DNA of 55,464 bases from Gammaproteobacteria bacterium. Its GTDB lineage: Bacteria > Pseudomonadota > Gammaproteobacteria > JAHELT01. Positions 1 through 10,200 of this stretch are shown here, one piece after another. The stretch spans positions 1 to 55,464 of the forward strand of contig JAOTYY010000001.1 of assembly GCA_029861595.1 (NCBI GenBank). Direction: 5' to 3'. The translations under genes were made by a program, and so were the position numbers. The notes beneath the pieces are model-generated. The model did no database searches. It worked only from the letters and a program-made list of their open reading frames with translations, and had not been told where the DNA came from. Positions within the stretch are counted from its first letter, which is position 1, and every line of letters starts with the position of its first letter.

Positions 1-254
1 GAGCCCATCGCGTTGCCGAGCCCTGGCGCAACGTGCACGTTGCAGGCGGCGAGCTTGCCCGATGCCCGGGCGAACCCGTCGGCCATTGCCACCACGACCG
101 CCTCCTGCAACCCCAGCACATAGGTGAGATCGGGATGCTCGCTGAGCGCGTCCATGATCGGCAACTCGGTGGTGCCAGGATTGCCGAACAGATGTGTCAC
201 ACCCTCGTCTTCGAGCAGCGACAGAAACGCGGATTTGCCGGTAATGGTGTTCAT
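1..254 (-). CDS. ThDP-dependent decarboxylase-like enzyme (benzoylformate decarboxylase / acetolactate synthase superfamily), N-terminal fragment; gene runs off the left edge
   Basis: My own reverse translation from the ATG at 254-252 gives MNTITGKSAFLSLLEDEGVTHLFGNPGTTELPIMDAL...AACNVHVAPGLGNAMG. This is the N-terminal pyrimidine-binding domain pattern of ThDP enzymes. AAGGAA lies 5 nt upstream of the ATG. Absent from the ORF track because it is truncated. Confidence 0.75.
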   Translation of the reverse strand, partial: MNTITGKSAFLSLLEDEGVTHLFGNPGTTELPIMDALSEHPDLTYVLGLQEAVVVAMADGFARASGKLAACNVHVAPGLGNAMG

Positions 255-302
255 CGGGATTCCTTCGAAGATAGCGGGGACAGTGTAGGTGTTTGCACCC
301 GG

Positions 303-1115
303 TCAGATCGCACGCAAACGACGCAAGGCGTCCAGCAACGCTTCATCGGTCGGCTTGCGCACATCGGGTTCGATGTCGAGCGCGCACTGCACGTCCTTCT
401 CGAGGATGCCGATCGTGTTGCGCGGATCGTATCCCTCGCGCGCCCAGTCAATAGCATCGAAGTTCTCCACGTACCAGTTGCTGCCGGAACTTGCCCGCAT
501 CACGTCACGCAACAGAGCCGGATCCACGTTCGCCGTTTGCGCAAGCTCGAGACTGCGGCGCGTGGCGGCAACGTTGCTCGCCGCAACATAGTTATTCAGG
601 ACCTTGATTGTCATCCCGGCACCCAGCGGCCCGACGTGAAAGAGCGTCTCGCCCATGACCTCCAGCGCCCCGCGCAGGCGTTCGATAGCGCTGTCGGCAC
701 CGCCGAGCATGAATGTCAGCGTGCCTTCGCGCGCACGATGCGGCGCACCCGACATCGGAGCGTCAACCATTTCCACATCGGGCGGGAGCCGTTCGCGCAA
801 CGTCTGCACCGTACGCGGCGACAAGGTCGAGCTTACCACCAGCAATCCAGGGTACGGCGGCGCTGCAAACAGGGCCTGGTCGTCAAAACACAACGCATTG
901 GTCTCGGCCGCATCGCGAACCACGGAAACTACGCAATCGCATTGCCTCAGTACGTCGGGTGAAGCGTCCATGTACTGCGCGAACTCGCCGAATTCGCGCA
1001 ACGGACGAACATCGAATCCGTCGACCCGGAATCCGGCAGCAAGCAGGCACTGCGCCATCGGCAGGCCCATCGCGCCGCAACCGGCCACGCCAATGTGTTT
1101 GACGGGCGAAAACAT
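303..1115 (-). CDS. NAD(P)-dependent dehydrogenase, 3-hydroxyisobutyrate/6-phosphogluconate dehydrogenase (HIBADH-like) family
   Basis: ORF 303..1169. I start it at the internal ATG at 1115, giving MFSPVKHIGVAGCGAMGLPMAQCL (GxGxxG Rossmann N-terminus). Same strand as the ThDP enzyme gene and 48 nt upstream of it. Confidence 0.8.
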   Translation of the reverse strand: MFSPVKHIGVAGCGAMGLPMAQCLLAAGFRVDGFDVRPLREFGEFAQYMDASPDVLRQCDCVVSVVRDAAETNALCFDDQALFAAPPYPGLLVVSSTLSPRTVQTLRERLPPDVEMVDAPMSGAPHRAREGTLTFMLGGADSAIERLRGALEVMGETLFHVGPLGAGMTIKVLNNYVAASNVAATRRSLELAQTANVDPALLRDVMRASSGSNWYVENFDAIDWAREGYDPRNTIGILEKDVQCALDIEPDVRKPTDEALLDALRRLRAI

Positions 1116-1547
1116 AAACGCACCCCTGATCTTCTGGCAGCTGGCCGCGAACGCAGGCTGCGTTCGCACGCTGGCGTGACGTTACCAGATTCCGCCGTAA
1201 GCCTCGATGGTCATGGAAAAACGCAGAGAGGCATCCTGGATGCGACCGTGAGCGGGCGCATCGTCGTGGCGCACCAGTTGCGTGGCCGCCACGAAATCGG
1301 CGCGTAAAACGACGGCGAGCTTGCGCAGAAGTTGCCCGGATTCCTCCAAACGGAGACCTCCCTCAGTACAGATACATCAGATTACCGTGCACAGGGCATC
1401 CGTCCAAGGCTTTGAAGGCCATCAGGAACGCCAGCCGTATTCTGCACTTCCGGCCCTCGTCGCCTCCCTGACCTGCTTTACAACAGCAACCCGATTGCTG
1501 TATCAATCACCGCTCACCCGTACGTCCGGCAACCCGAGGAGAAATCG

Positions 1548-2021
1548 ATGCCAATCGAAGAAGGAAAGGCCGCGCCTGTATTTACACTCAAGGATGCGGC
1601 GGGCAAAAAAATCGCTCTCAAAGACCTGCGCGGTAAGGACGTGATCGTTTACTTTTATCCGCAGGACGATACCCCGGGATGTACCAAGGAGGCGTGCGGT
1701 TTTCGCGACCTGTGGAAGGACATCCACAAACGGGGCGCGGTGGTGCTCGGCATCTCGCCCGATGATGAAGCATCACACAAAGCGTTCACCGCGAAGTACA
1801 AATTGCCATTCACGCTGCTGAGCGATCCCGACAGGAAAGTGATGAGTAAATACGACGCCTTCGGCGAGAAGATGATGTACGGCAAGAAGACGGTTGGTGT
1901 GATTCGCTCAACCGTGTGGATCGGACCGGACGGCAAGGTGCGAAAACACTGGAAGCGAGTCCCGAAGGCTGCGGATCATCCCCGCAGAGTTTTAGAAGAG
2001 CTGCAGGCGGTCGGCAAATAG
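1548..2021 (+). CDS. bcp: Thioredoxin-dependent thiol peroxidase (peroxiredoxin Bcp/PrxQ)
   Basis: 157 aa with VIVYFYPQDDTPGCTKEACGFRD, the Bcp active-site motif. GAGGAG lies 6 nt upstream of the ATG. Confidence 0.9.
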   Translation: MPIEEGKAAPVFTLKDAAGKKIALKDLRGKDVIVYFYPQDDTPGCTKEACGFRDLWKDIHKRGAVVLGISPDDEASHKAFTAKYKLPFTLLSDPDRKVMSKYDAFGEKMMYGKKTVGVIRSTVWIGPDGKVRKHWKRVPKAADHPRRVLEELQAVGK

Positions 2022-2061
2022 CAACTGGCGTCGTCTACGACGCGGGTTGATTGTGCGTCCC

Positions 2062-3879
2062 TCAGCCTACCATCAACACGCCGGAATCATCGGAATACAG
2101 CTGCTCCACGAGCTCCGCCCGGCACGTCAACGCACGCCGTTGGTTGATGTAACCCTTGTCTGTTAACTCGCCCCGGTCGATCGACAGTGGTTGCGTGACG
2201 AACACCACTCGCGCGATGCGTTCGCTGCTCGCCGTGTGCGTGCGATTGTAGACCTCGAGCCGATCCGCAATCGACGCACGAATCTCGGATCGTGACGCGA
2301 CCTCGTCAAGCGACGCATCCGCCGCAATGTCCTCGCAGACGCTGCCACAGCCGGCCGGATTCACCACCAGCAGAAGGCCAAGCTCTTCGCGGTCGTGACC
2401 AGCGACAATGGCATCCTGAAGCAGCGGCTCACAAGCCTCCAGCACGGCCACTCGCAGCCTGCCCACGCTGACCCATACACCCGTCAGCAGCTTGAAATCC
2501 TCGGCGATCCGGCCATCGAAAAGCAGGCCCTGGGAAGGATCGTCGGGAGCTGCCAGTCGCACCGCATCACCCATCCGGTAAAACCCCTCCTCGTCGAATG
2601 CCGGCCCGGTCAGTTCCGGCTGTTTCCAGTAACCCGGTGTCACGTTCGGCCCGCGCACGCGCACCTCGGTCTTGTCATCCACGGGACAAAGTTTCAACTC
2701 CGTGCCGGCCACCGGCAGCCCTATCGCACCTGCGCGGCGGGTAGGCAAAGGTGTCTGAGTCGCCATCGGCGCGGTCTCGGTTGCACCCCAGGCCGAAAGG
2801 AAAGCGACCGGGTGTGAAGCATGCTCAGCCACAAGTGCCGCCAGTCGCTCCCACACGGGTTGCGGCAACGAAGCCGCCGCGTAAAAGACCAGACGCAGAC
2901 GTTTGAAGAAAGAGGCCCGCAGCTGCGCGTTCTCCTCCATAAAAGGCAGTAACGTCTGGTACCCGGCCGGTACATTGAAGTATGCGGTGGGAGAAACTTC
3001 CTGCAGATTGCGCACGGTCTGCTGCACGAATCCGGGCGCAGGCTTGCCGCCATCCACATACAAGGTGCCGCCATTGCTGAGCACCATGTTGAAACAGTAG
3101 TTGCCGCCGAACGTGTGGTGCCAGGGTAACCAATCCACCAACACCGGCGGTTCACGCTCGAGAAACGGCCAGAGCTGGCGCAGCGCCTGCTGGTTAGAGC
3201 ACAGCATGCGATGCGTATTGATCACGCCCTTGGGTACACCGGTGGAACCCGAGGTAAATAGAATCTTGGCGACCGTGTCGGGCTTGAGTGCCTCAAACGC
3301 CTCTGCAACCGCCGCGCTGACGCTGGTATCGAGCAGGTCCTGAAAAGATGTTGTCGGGAACTCGCCCGATGCATTGCGGTATGTCACGACCTCCGCGCCG
3401 CCGGCGGCAACCACTCGCAATGCGCCGGCAAAAACGCCGGCATCGTCCGCGTAAACCAGCCCGGGTGTCAGCAGGTCCGCGATATGACGAATGCGTTCGA
3501 AATCCTGCGAGGTGGTCGAGTAGGCCGGCGAAATCGGTGCTACGGGCACCCCGACGTGCATCCCCGCGAGGGAGAGCAACGCAAAATTGATCCCGTTACC
3601 CGAAAGAATCATCAGCGGGCGGTCGCTGCCCAGTTGCCGGTCGATAAGCGCCTGCCCGAGTCGCGTAACGGCATCCAGCACGGTGGCGTAACTGACCTCC
3701 CGCCAGCCGTCCTCCTCGCGCTGCGCAACGAACAGCCGGTCCGGTGTCGCTGCTGCCCAGTGCGTCAACCAGGCGGTAACGCAACGACCGTAAGTGCCCA
3801 GGGGTTGCACTGCACGCAGTAGTCTGACGCCGGATTCGCGCTCTTCCACTGCAACGGACAATGCTGGAAATTCCACCAT
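2062..3879 (-). CDS. AMP-dependent acyl-CoA synthetase/ligase (feruloyl-CoA-synthase-like)
   Basis: 605 aa with the AMP-binding signature [12 protein letters not shown] and later GWGATET / GDAVR motifs typical of adenylate-forming enzymes. Confidence 0.85.
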   Translation of the reverse strand: MVEFPALSVAVEERESGVRLLRAVQPLGTYGRCVTAWLTHWAAATPDRLFVAQREEDGWREVSYATVLDAVTRLGQALIDRQLGSDRPLMILSGNGINFALLSLAGMHVGVPVAPISPAYSTTSQDFERIRHIADLLTPGLVYADDAGVFAGALRVVAAGGAEVVTYRNASGEFPTTSFQDLLDTSVSAAVAEAFEALKPDTVAKILFTSGSTGVPKGVINTHRMLCSNQQALRQLWPFLEREPPVLVDWLPWHHTFGGNYCFNMVLSNGGTLYVDGGKPAPGFVQQTVRNLQEVSPTAYFNVPAGYQTLLPFMEENAQLRASFFKRLRLVFYAAASLPQPVWERLAALVAEHASHPVAFLSAWGATETAPMATQTPLPTRRAGAIGLPVAGTELKLCPVDDKTEVRVRGPNVTPGYWKQPELTGPAFDEEGFYRMGDAVRLAAPDDPSQGLLFDGRIAEDFKLLTGVWVSVGRLRVAVLEACEPLLQDAIVAGHDREELGLLLVVNPAGCGSVCEDIAADASLDEVASRSEIRASIADRLEVYNRTHTASSERIARVVFVTQPLSIDRGELTDKGYINQRRALTCRAELVEQLYSDDSGVLMVG

Positions 3880-3904
3880 GCCTGCTCCCGGCCGGCACCT
3901 GGGC

Positions 3905-6229
3905 TCAGTTGCGAAGTGGCGTACCGAAGCTGAGCATGTGTTCGATGCGCGCGCGCGTCGCGGGCGTTCCTGCCAGGGTCAGAAACGCTTTACGCTCGAG
4001 CCCACAAATCTGATCTTCCGTCAGCGGTGTTCCCGCGTCGACATCGCCACCGGATACGATCATCGCTATCTGCATGCCGGTCATCGCATCATGCGGCGTC
4101 AAGTGTCCCTTGTTCCGGGTCTTCGTGAGCCAAGCGGTCATTTCGGTCCACACTTCCCGCCCCGCCATGGGCAGGGGCGCGGCGCGTCGCCCTGGCGAAT
4201 AATCGGTCGCCAGGTCCAGCACTGCGGCTATAGCCGAGTCCAGAAGCCGGTCCCGGTTCATTACGTACTCGTCGGTTCTCTCTCGAAACATCATCATCGG
4301 CGCAGCCTCCAGCGGTGACGCGGCAGTTTTTCCGTAACCGACATGCATAAACGTCTCCCACGCTGCTTTGCCTATGTCGTGGTGGTGTTCATACCAGCGA
4401 TACAGCATTTCCTTGACGCCTCCGCCACCGGGCACAACGCCGACCAGCGATTCGACCAGGCCGGTCACTGAATTCGCATGATAGATCACCTTGTCAGAAT
4501 GCAACAGCAACTCGAAACCGCCGCCCAGCGACAAACCACAAGGCGCCGCAACGACGGGAACAGTGGCGTAACGCAAAGCCAGACAGGTCTGCTGAAAATG
4601 ATCCAGGAAATCGTCCAGGCCTTGCCAGTCTTCGTCGACGATACGGCTCAACACGCCCTCGAGATTCACACCGCAGGAAAAATGCTGGGCGTCGTTGTGA
4701 ATGACCAGGCCCCGCAAATTGCGCTCCGCGTGTTGCAACGCCTCCGCAATCAGGTGCATTGAATCGCTGTCGAGCGTATTTGCTTTGCTGTGAAACTCGA
4801 TCAGGCCAATGTCTTGCGGCAGAACGAAGTAACTCGCCGACTTGTTCTCCGATTCGGGTGACAACGTCTGGCGAAGTTCGCTGAAACGGGTTACACCGGC
4901 GGCGCGCTGCAGATCCCGGTACTCGCCATTGGCAAGCAGAAACTGCAACACACCTCCGTTCACGCGATAGAACGATTTACCCGCAGCCACTCTGAGAAAA
5001 TCCGGAACATCGCGTTCGTCGCTTTCCAGCCGCTCAACAAATCTGTCGACGCCAATGGCGTCGATCATTTCGAATGGCCCCTGCACCCAGTTGTAGCCGA
5101 GTTTCATTGCGTCATCTATGGCAACCAGGGACTCGTTGACATCCGGTACCAGAGCGACTGCGTAGCAAAGTGTGCGTGCGAGGATTTCCCACGCGTACCT
5201 GGAATGGATATCGTCGTTTTTCAGCAACAGTGTAAAGTCACCAGCGAGTTCGGCATCGATCGCAACCTGCGGTTTACCGCGGTCGAACTCGCGGTAAGCG
5301 AAACTTTCGAAGTCCAGCGTCTGCCGCTCGGCACCGCTACCCGGGTCGGCGCGATAAAACCCGCCTTCGCTTCCCTTGTTACCCAGACGCCCCTCGCTGA
5401 TCATGCGCTGCATCACCGGAACTTCCGCGGACACGCGGTGGAATTCGTCATTCCCGGGCAGGATCGCAACCAGGCTCCTGGCAACATCGCTCATCAGATC
5501 GATCCCGATCAGGTCGTACAACCCAAACACGCCGGTCTTGGGTATGCCCAGCGGGCGGCCGAAGATCGCGTCTGCCTCCTCGGGTTTCAGCCCCAGGAGG
5601 AATGCCTCATGCAAGGCGGTTTGAATCGCATATACGCCAACCCGGTTGCCCAGGAATCCGGGTGTGTCATTGCAAACCACGATGCCTTTGCCCAGCCGCG
5701 CCTCGCAAAACTGCTCGAGGCAATCCATGACGTCCTGATGCGTCTTCTCGCCGCGCACGAGTTCCAGCAGTCGCATGAACCGGACAGGATTGAAAAAGTG
5801 GGTGATCGCGAATTCTGCGCGAAAGTCCTCCGGCATATCCTCAACCAGCAAAGAGATCGGAATAGTCGAGGTGTTCGATGTGACAATCGAGCCGCGCTTG
5901 CGCACTTCATCGATCTGTCGGTAAAGCGCCTTCTTAGTATCCAGTTTTTCCACGACCGCTTCGGCGATCCAGTCGGCCTCGGCGAGTCGGTTCAGATCGT
6001 CGTCGATATTGCCGATCGTGATTCTCTCTGCGAAATCCTGGTGCAACAGGCCGGGCTGATTTTTATCAAGCAACCGTTCCACGGCGCGCCTGGGGATTGC
6101 GTTTCTGTCGTCGCCGGTCGATGGCCTGTCGAGAAGCAACACCTCGACGCCGGCATTCGCCAGCTGGCCCGCTATGCCCAGGCCCATAGTGCCCGCGCCG
6201 ACAACAGCGGCTTTGTTTATTTCGTACAT
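3905..6229 (-). CDS. Fused 3-hydroxyacyl-CoA dehydrogenase / enoyl-CoA hydratase (FadB-like, dehydrogenase domain first)
   Basis: 774 aa. The N-terminus AAVVGAGTMGLGIAGQLANAGVEVLLLD is a NAD-binding HCDH domain. The C-terminal part has a crotonase-like region (VAAPCGLSLGGGFELLLHSD). 25 nt upstream of the ligase gene on the same strand. Confidence 0.85.
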   Translation of the reverse strand: MYEINKAAVVGAGTMGLGIAGQLANAGVEVLLLDRPSTGDDRNAIPRRAVERLLDKNQPGLLHQDFAERITIGNIDDDLNRLAEADWIAEAVVEKLDTKKALYRQIDEVRKRGSIVTSNTSTIPISLLVEDMPEDFRAEFAITHFFNPVRFMRLLELVRGEKTHQDVMDCLEQFCEARLGKGIVVCNDTPGFLGNRVGVYAIQTALHEAFLLGLKPEEADAIFGRPLGIPKTGVFGLYDLIGIDLMSDVARSLVAILPGNDEFHRVSAEVPVMQRMISEGRLGNKGSEGGFYRADPGSGAERQTLDFESFAYREFDRGKPQVAIDAELAGDFTLLLKNDDIHSRYAWEILARTLCYAVALVPDVNESLVAIDDAMKLGYNWVQGPFEMIDAIGVDRFVERLESDERDVPDFLRVAAGKSFYRVNGGVLQFLLANGEYRDLQRAAGVTRFSELRQTLSPESENKSASYFVLPQDIGLIEFHSKANTLDSDSMHLIAEALQHAERNLRGLVIHNDAQHFSCGVNLEGVLSRIVDEDWQGLDDFLDHFQQTCLALRYATVPVVAAPCGLSLGGGFELLLHSDKVIYHANSVTGLVESLVGVVPGGGGVKEMLYRWYEHHHDIGKAAWETFMHVGYGKTAASPLEAAPMMMFRERTDEYVMNRDRLLDSAIAAVLDLATDYSPGRRAAPLPMAGREVWTEMTAWLTKTRNKGHLTPHDAMTGMQIAMIVSGGDVDAGTPLTEDQICGLERKAFLTLAGTPATRARIEHMLSFGTPLRN

Positions 6230-6408
6230 CTGATCCGTTCAGTTCAGTTTCGTGGAGCGTCGGCGAAAGGCGTTTCGCAGGCGTGATGACGCTGTCGGCC
6301 GGCAAGGATCGCAGGCACGACGACAGGTAGCAAGCGTCTTCACAACGGAGGCGATGGCGAACGGGCACATCTACGCCGGTTGCGATCATGAAATGCCTGC
6401 GTCCGGAT

Positions 6409-6440
6409 AAAAAAGGCCCGGCCTGTCTACAGGCCGGGCC
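6409..6440 (-). terminator. Rho-independent terminator downstream of the fasciclin gene
   Basis: On the minus strand, GGCCCGGCCTG-TAGA-CAGGCCGGGCC forms an 11-bp GC-rich stem with a 4-nt loop, followed directly by TTTTTT. It lies about 55 nt after the stop of the 6494..7126 gene. Confidence 0.75.
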
Positions 6441-6493
6441 ACGCAAATGCGCTGAGCCGAGGGTGGGGAATCCGCAACGGCCAACCGCGCCGC

Positions 6494-7126
6494 CTACAAC
6501 AGACCGTCGACGATTACCGTGTCGATAAAGTGAATGACGCCGTTTTTGGCAAAGATGTCGGGCTTGATAATGGTGGTCTCATAGTTGATCGATACACCGC
6601 TCGCACCGATCCCCACCGGAAATGTCCGTTCATCCGCTACGGTTATTTCACCCTTTTTCAGCAACGCATCCTCGGACGCGTTTCTATGCCCCCAGTGTCT
6701 ATGCCCCCGGTGTCGCCCCGGCAACGACGCATGCTTCAGCAAAATGGCAGCAACTTCATCGGCACCCACTCCTACCGGCAACAGTCCAGGTAGTGCTCCC
6801 TTGATGTCAGTTACCGACAACCCGTTCAAAGTCCCTGCATCAAGGCCGAGCAGCTTCTCGAATGCCGCGTTGCCGGGTGCCAGCAGGATGACCTTTGAAT
6901 GCCTGTCGCCGAGCAATTCCGCCAGGCTGAATGGCAATGCGCCGGCCTCGTCGACCACCAGCACGGCCGCAACGAGCGCCTGAGCGCCATCGGTCCGCAA
7001 CAGTTTGCCGAGAATCGTACCTCTGTCGTGGCGGTCATGGCTGCCATCGGCCAGTACCGCGGAGCCCATGAAGCCGAAAACAACAACCAGTAGCACGGCG
7101 GGGAGTCGTCTTATTAATGCAGTCAT
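6494..7126 (-). CDS. Secreted fasciclin (FAS1) domain protein with a His/Arg-rich repeat insertion
   Basis: 210 aa with an N-terminal signal-like segment (LPAVLLVVVFGFMGSAVLA). FAS1 hallmarks are ILLAPGNAAFEKL and the C-terminal NGVIHFIDTVIV. Confidence 0.8.
   Translation of the reverse strand: MTALIRRLPAVLLVVVFGFMGSAVLADGSHDRHDRGTILGKLLRTDGAQALVAAVLVVDEAGALPFSLAELLGDRHSKVILLAPGNAAFEKLLGLDAGTLNGLSVTDIKGALPGLLPVGVGADEVAAILLKHASLPGRHRGHRHWGHRNASEDALLKKGEITVADERTFPVGIGASGVSINYETTIIKPDIFAKNGVIHFIDTVIVDGLL
6683..6721. repeat. In-frame 15-bp tandem repeat (about 2.6 copies) inside the fasciclin gene
   Basis: TCTATGCCCCCAGTG / TCTATGCCCCCGGTG / TCGCCCCGG. On the coding strand this gives GRH-RGHRH-WGHR. 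Confidence 0.85.
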
Positions 7127-7170
7127 CCTCTTACTCTCCAGTTTTGGTGGAGCGTAAATGCTACCGCGCG

Positions 7171-7213
7171 TGCTGTGAAGGCCGAGTGAACCTGCTGTGA
7201 AGAAAGCGTGAAG
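7171..7213. repeat. Two 22-bp tandem units giving four GTGAA(G/C) motifs at exactly 11-bp spacing, in the fasciclin promoter region
   Basis: GTGAAG at 7175, GTGAAC at 7186, GTGAAG at 7197 and GTGAAG at 7208. The 10-mer TGCTGTGAAG is repeated at 7171 and 7193. The array sits 49-87 nt upstream of the fasciclin start codon. Confidence 0.6.
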
Positions 7214-7243
7214 ACTTACCGTAGGAGTAACGGCATCGTTAGT

Positions 7244-10200
7244 TCAGGTCTCCGATGCGCGCGGTGACCACCGGCCTCCCAGGACCAGCAGGCAGGGCGT
7301 CAGAATCAGCGTGAGCAACGTGGCAAAGGCCAGTCCGCCCGCCACCGCCGTGGCAAGCTGGGTCCACCATTGCGATGCCGGCGCACCGAAGGTCAGCTCG
7401 CGGCCGATCAGGTCGATATTGAGTGCCAGCACCATGGGCAAGAGCCCAAGGATCGTCGTTACGGTAGTCAGAAGTACCGGGCGCAGACGCAGCGCGCCGG
7501 TGCGAAGCACAGCTTCAACCGTGCCCATCCCTTTGCGCTGCTGAAGATTAAACGTGTCAATTAATACGATATTGTTGTTTACCACGATGCCAGCCAGGGC
7601 GATGACACCGACCCCGCTCATGACGATGCCGAACGGTTGGCCGGTGACCAGCAAACCGAGCAACACGCCCACCGTGGAAAACACCACCGAGCTGAGGATC
7701 AACAGCGCCTGATAGAAGCTGTTGAACTGCGTCACCAGGATGATGGTCATCACGAACAGCGCCACGCCGAACGCCTTGACCAGAAATGCCTCGGCTTCAC
7801 GCTGCTCCTTGTCCTCGCCCTTGAAGGCGACATCGACACGTTGGTCGAGACCGGCATCCTCGAGCCAGGCACGGACCTCGGCCACTTTGTCATCGGGTAA
7901 CACGCCTTCTCTGACATCGGCCTCCACCTTCAGCACCCGGCGTCCGTCACTGCGATTGATGGTTCCGGTCCGCCGTACTGCATGACGGGTAACAAAGTTG
8001 CTGATCGGCGTTGTGCCCCTGGAGGTCGGTACCCGCAGTCGATCAAGCTGCTCTATGCTGCGTTCGCCGAGGGGATAGCGTACGCGGATCTCCACTTCTT
8101 CATCGGTATCCGCGGGCCTGTAGGCACCGATGCGAATCCCATTGGTCACCAGTTGCACGGCACTGCCAACGGTCATGATGTCAGCACCAAAGCGGCTCGC
8201 TTCTGCGCGGTCTACTTCGATCTGCCACTCGATACCGGGAATGGATCGACTGTCGGTAATGTCGATTAAGCCATCTACGCTCTGCAAACCGTGGCGTACC
8301 CGCCGCACCGCTTCCGGCAGCACCTGCGGATACCGGGAACTCAGCTCGATCTGAACGGGTTTGCCGACCGGCGGCCCTGCTTCCTGCTGACGTGTTTCGA
8401 TGATGAGACCGGCAAGGTCACGCGTGCGCTCGCGAACCTCCGCGAGGATTTCCCGTGCCGGACGACGTTGTTGCCAGTCGACGAACTCCAGCTGGATGAT
8501 GCCTATCACATCCTCGCTGACGTCCGCTTGAAACTCGGTGCCGCTGCGAGCGTATATTGTGGCGAACTCATGCATGTCGAGAATACGCGCCTCTACCTCA
8601 CGCACCAGCGCATCACGCTCCGCTACGGCAAGATCACCTCGCGCGCGTACGTTGAGAACCGCGTTTTCAGGCTCTACATCGGGAAAAAACTCTACGCCGT
8701 AGCCAAACTTTGCATAGACGCCGTACACACCACCGAGTATCAGGGCGGCAAGCAGCACAACTTTGCCCGGATGACGCAGCGCGAGGCGCAGCACTTCGAG
8801 ATAAGCGCCCGTAAAACCACGCAGCGAATCGAGGTCGCCGCTTTCGGCCGCTACCAGGGCAGCGTCGTGTCGTGCACTGTCCGCTGCTCGTCGCCCGATC
8901 AGTGATCCCAGCGTTGGCACAAAAATCAACGCCATCAGCAACGACGCCGTCAGCGTCGCTATCAGCGTGATAGGGAGGTACTTCATGAACTCTCCCACGA
9001 TGCCCGGCCAGAACAACAACGGCATGAACACCGCCAGGGTAGTGGCCGTCGCGGCGGTGATAGGCCACGCCATGCGTTTTGCGGCAACGGCGTAAGCGTC
9101 GTGCCGCGAGAGCCCCTCGGCCATTTTACGGTCCGCCAGCTCGACCACCACGATGGCACCGTCCACCAGCATGCCCACAGCCATGATGAGGGAGAACAGC
9201 ACCACGATATTGACCGTCAGCCCGGCACTCGCCAGCACCAGAATCCCGGCCAGGAAAGAACCCGGAATTGCCACGCCGACCAACCCCGCGGTGCGCAGGC
9301 CAAGAGCCGCGATTACGACGATCATCACCAGCAGCACTGCTGCAAGCACGTTGTTCTGCAGATCCCTCAGCAGGGTACGCACGTCCTCGGACTTGTCCTG
9401 CGAATAATTGACCCGGATAGCGGCCGGCCAGGTTGCCTGCTCTGCATCCACGACCGCACGCACTTGTGCGAGCGTGTCGATGATATTCGTGCCGATGCGT
9501 TTTGACACCTCGAGGGTCACCGCTGGCCGGCCATTGACCCGTGCATAACCTGTTGGATCTTTGAACTTGCGGTGCACGGTCGCGACATCACTGAAAGTCA
9601 ACACCGTATCGCCGCTCACTTTTATCGGCAGGCCGAGCACATCTTCCGCATTTTCAAAAAGACCGGGGACTTTTACGGCAAAACGGCCGCTTCCGGTGTC
9701 CAGAGCACCCGCTGCCACGAGCTCGTTGTTACGAGCGACAAACTGATACAGGTCCTCGGGTGCCTGGTTTTGATTCTCGACGCGTACCGGATCGATGATC
9801 ACCTCCATCAGGTCTTCACGGTCGCCGGCGATATCAACTTCCAGGATGCCGGGCAACGACTCCAGCTTGTCGCGCAGATCACGCGCCCTTGTCACCAGCT
9901 CGCGCTCGGGCACATCACCGGAAAGCGTCACGACGAGCACTGGAAACAGCGCCACGTTGATTTCGTTTACCGACGGCTCGTCGCTGTCCGGCGGCAGCTC
10001 CGGCTTGGCGATGTCGACTCTCTCACGCACATCGTCCAGCGCCTCATCGCTGTCGAATCCGGCTTCGAACTCGAGAACCAGTGACGCGTTACCTTCGGCC
10101 GCGTGGGCCCGCAGTTCTTTCAGTCCTTCGATCGAACGCAACTCATTCTCCATCGGGCGGATGAGCAACCGCTCCGCGTCTTCGCTGGAGATACCCTCAT

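Noticed and set aside
1147-1167. 9-bp stem hairpin GCGAACGCA-GGC-TGCGTTCGC upstream of the dehydrogenase gene
   Set aside because: No U-tract and no clear associated gene end. It could be a REP-like or regulatory hairpin, but there is nothing to support a call.
33-1179. Long plus-strand ORFs (33..962, 655..1179, 713..1102) overlapping the dehydrogenase gene
   Set aside because: They are Arg/Ala/Ser/Pro-rich, low-complexity translations antisense to a gene with clear Rossmann motifs. These are typical shadow ORFs of GC-rich DNA.
2028-2043. Hairpin GCGTCG-TCTA-CGACGC between convergent bcp and the ligase gene
   Set aside because: The stem is only 6 bp and there is no U-tract on either strand. 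Too weak to call a terminator.
5204-6286. 360-aa ORF antisense to the FadB-like gene. Similar large antisense ORFs: 16050..16712, 19040..19942, 30155..31195, 31216..31974, 48784..49557, 53459..54163, 54288..54920
   Set aside because: Each lies opposite a gene with strong family motifs, and their own translations show no motifs and a biased Arg/Gln/His composition. I treat them as shadow ORFs.
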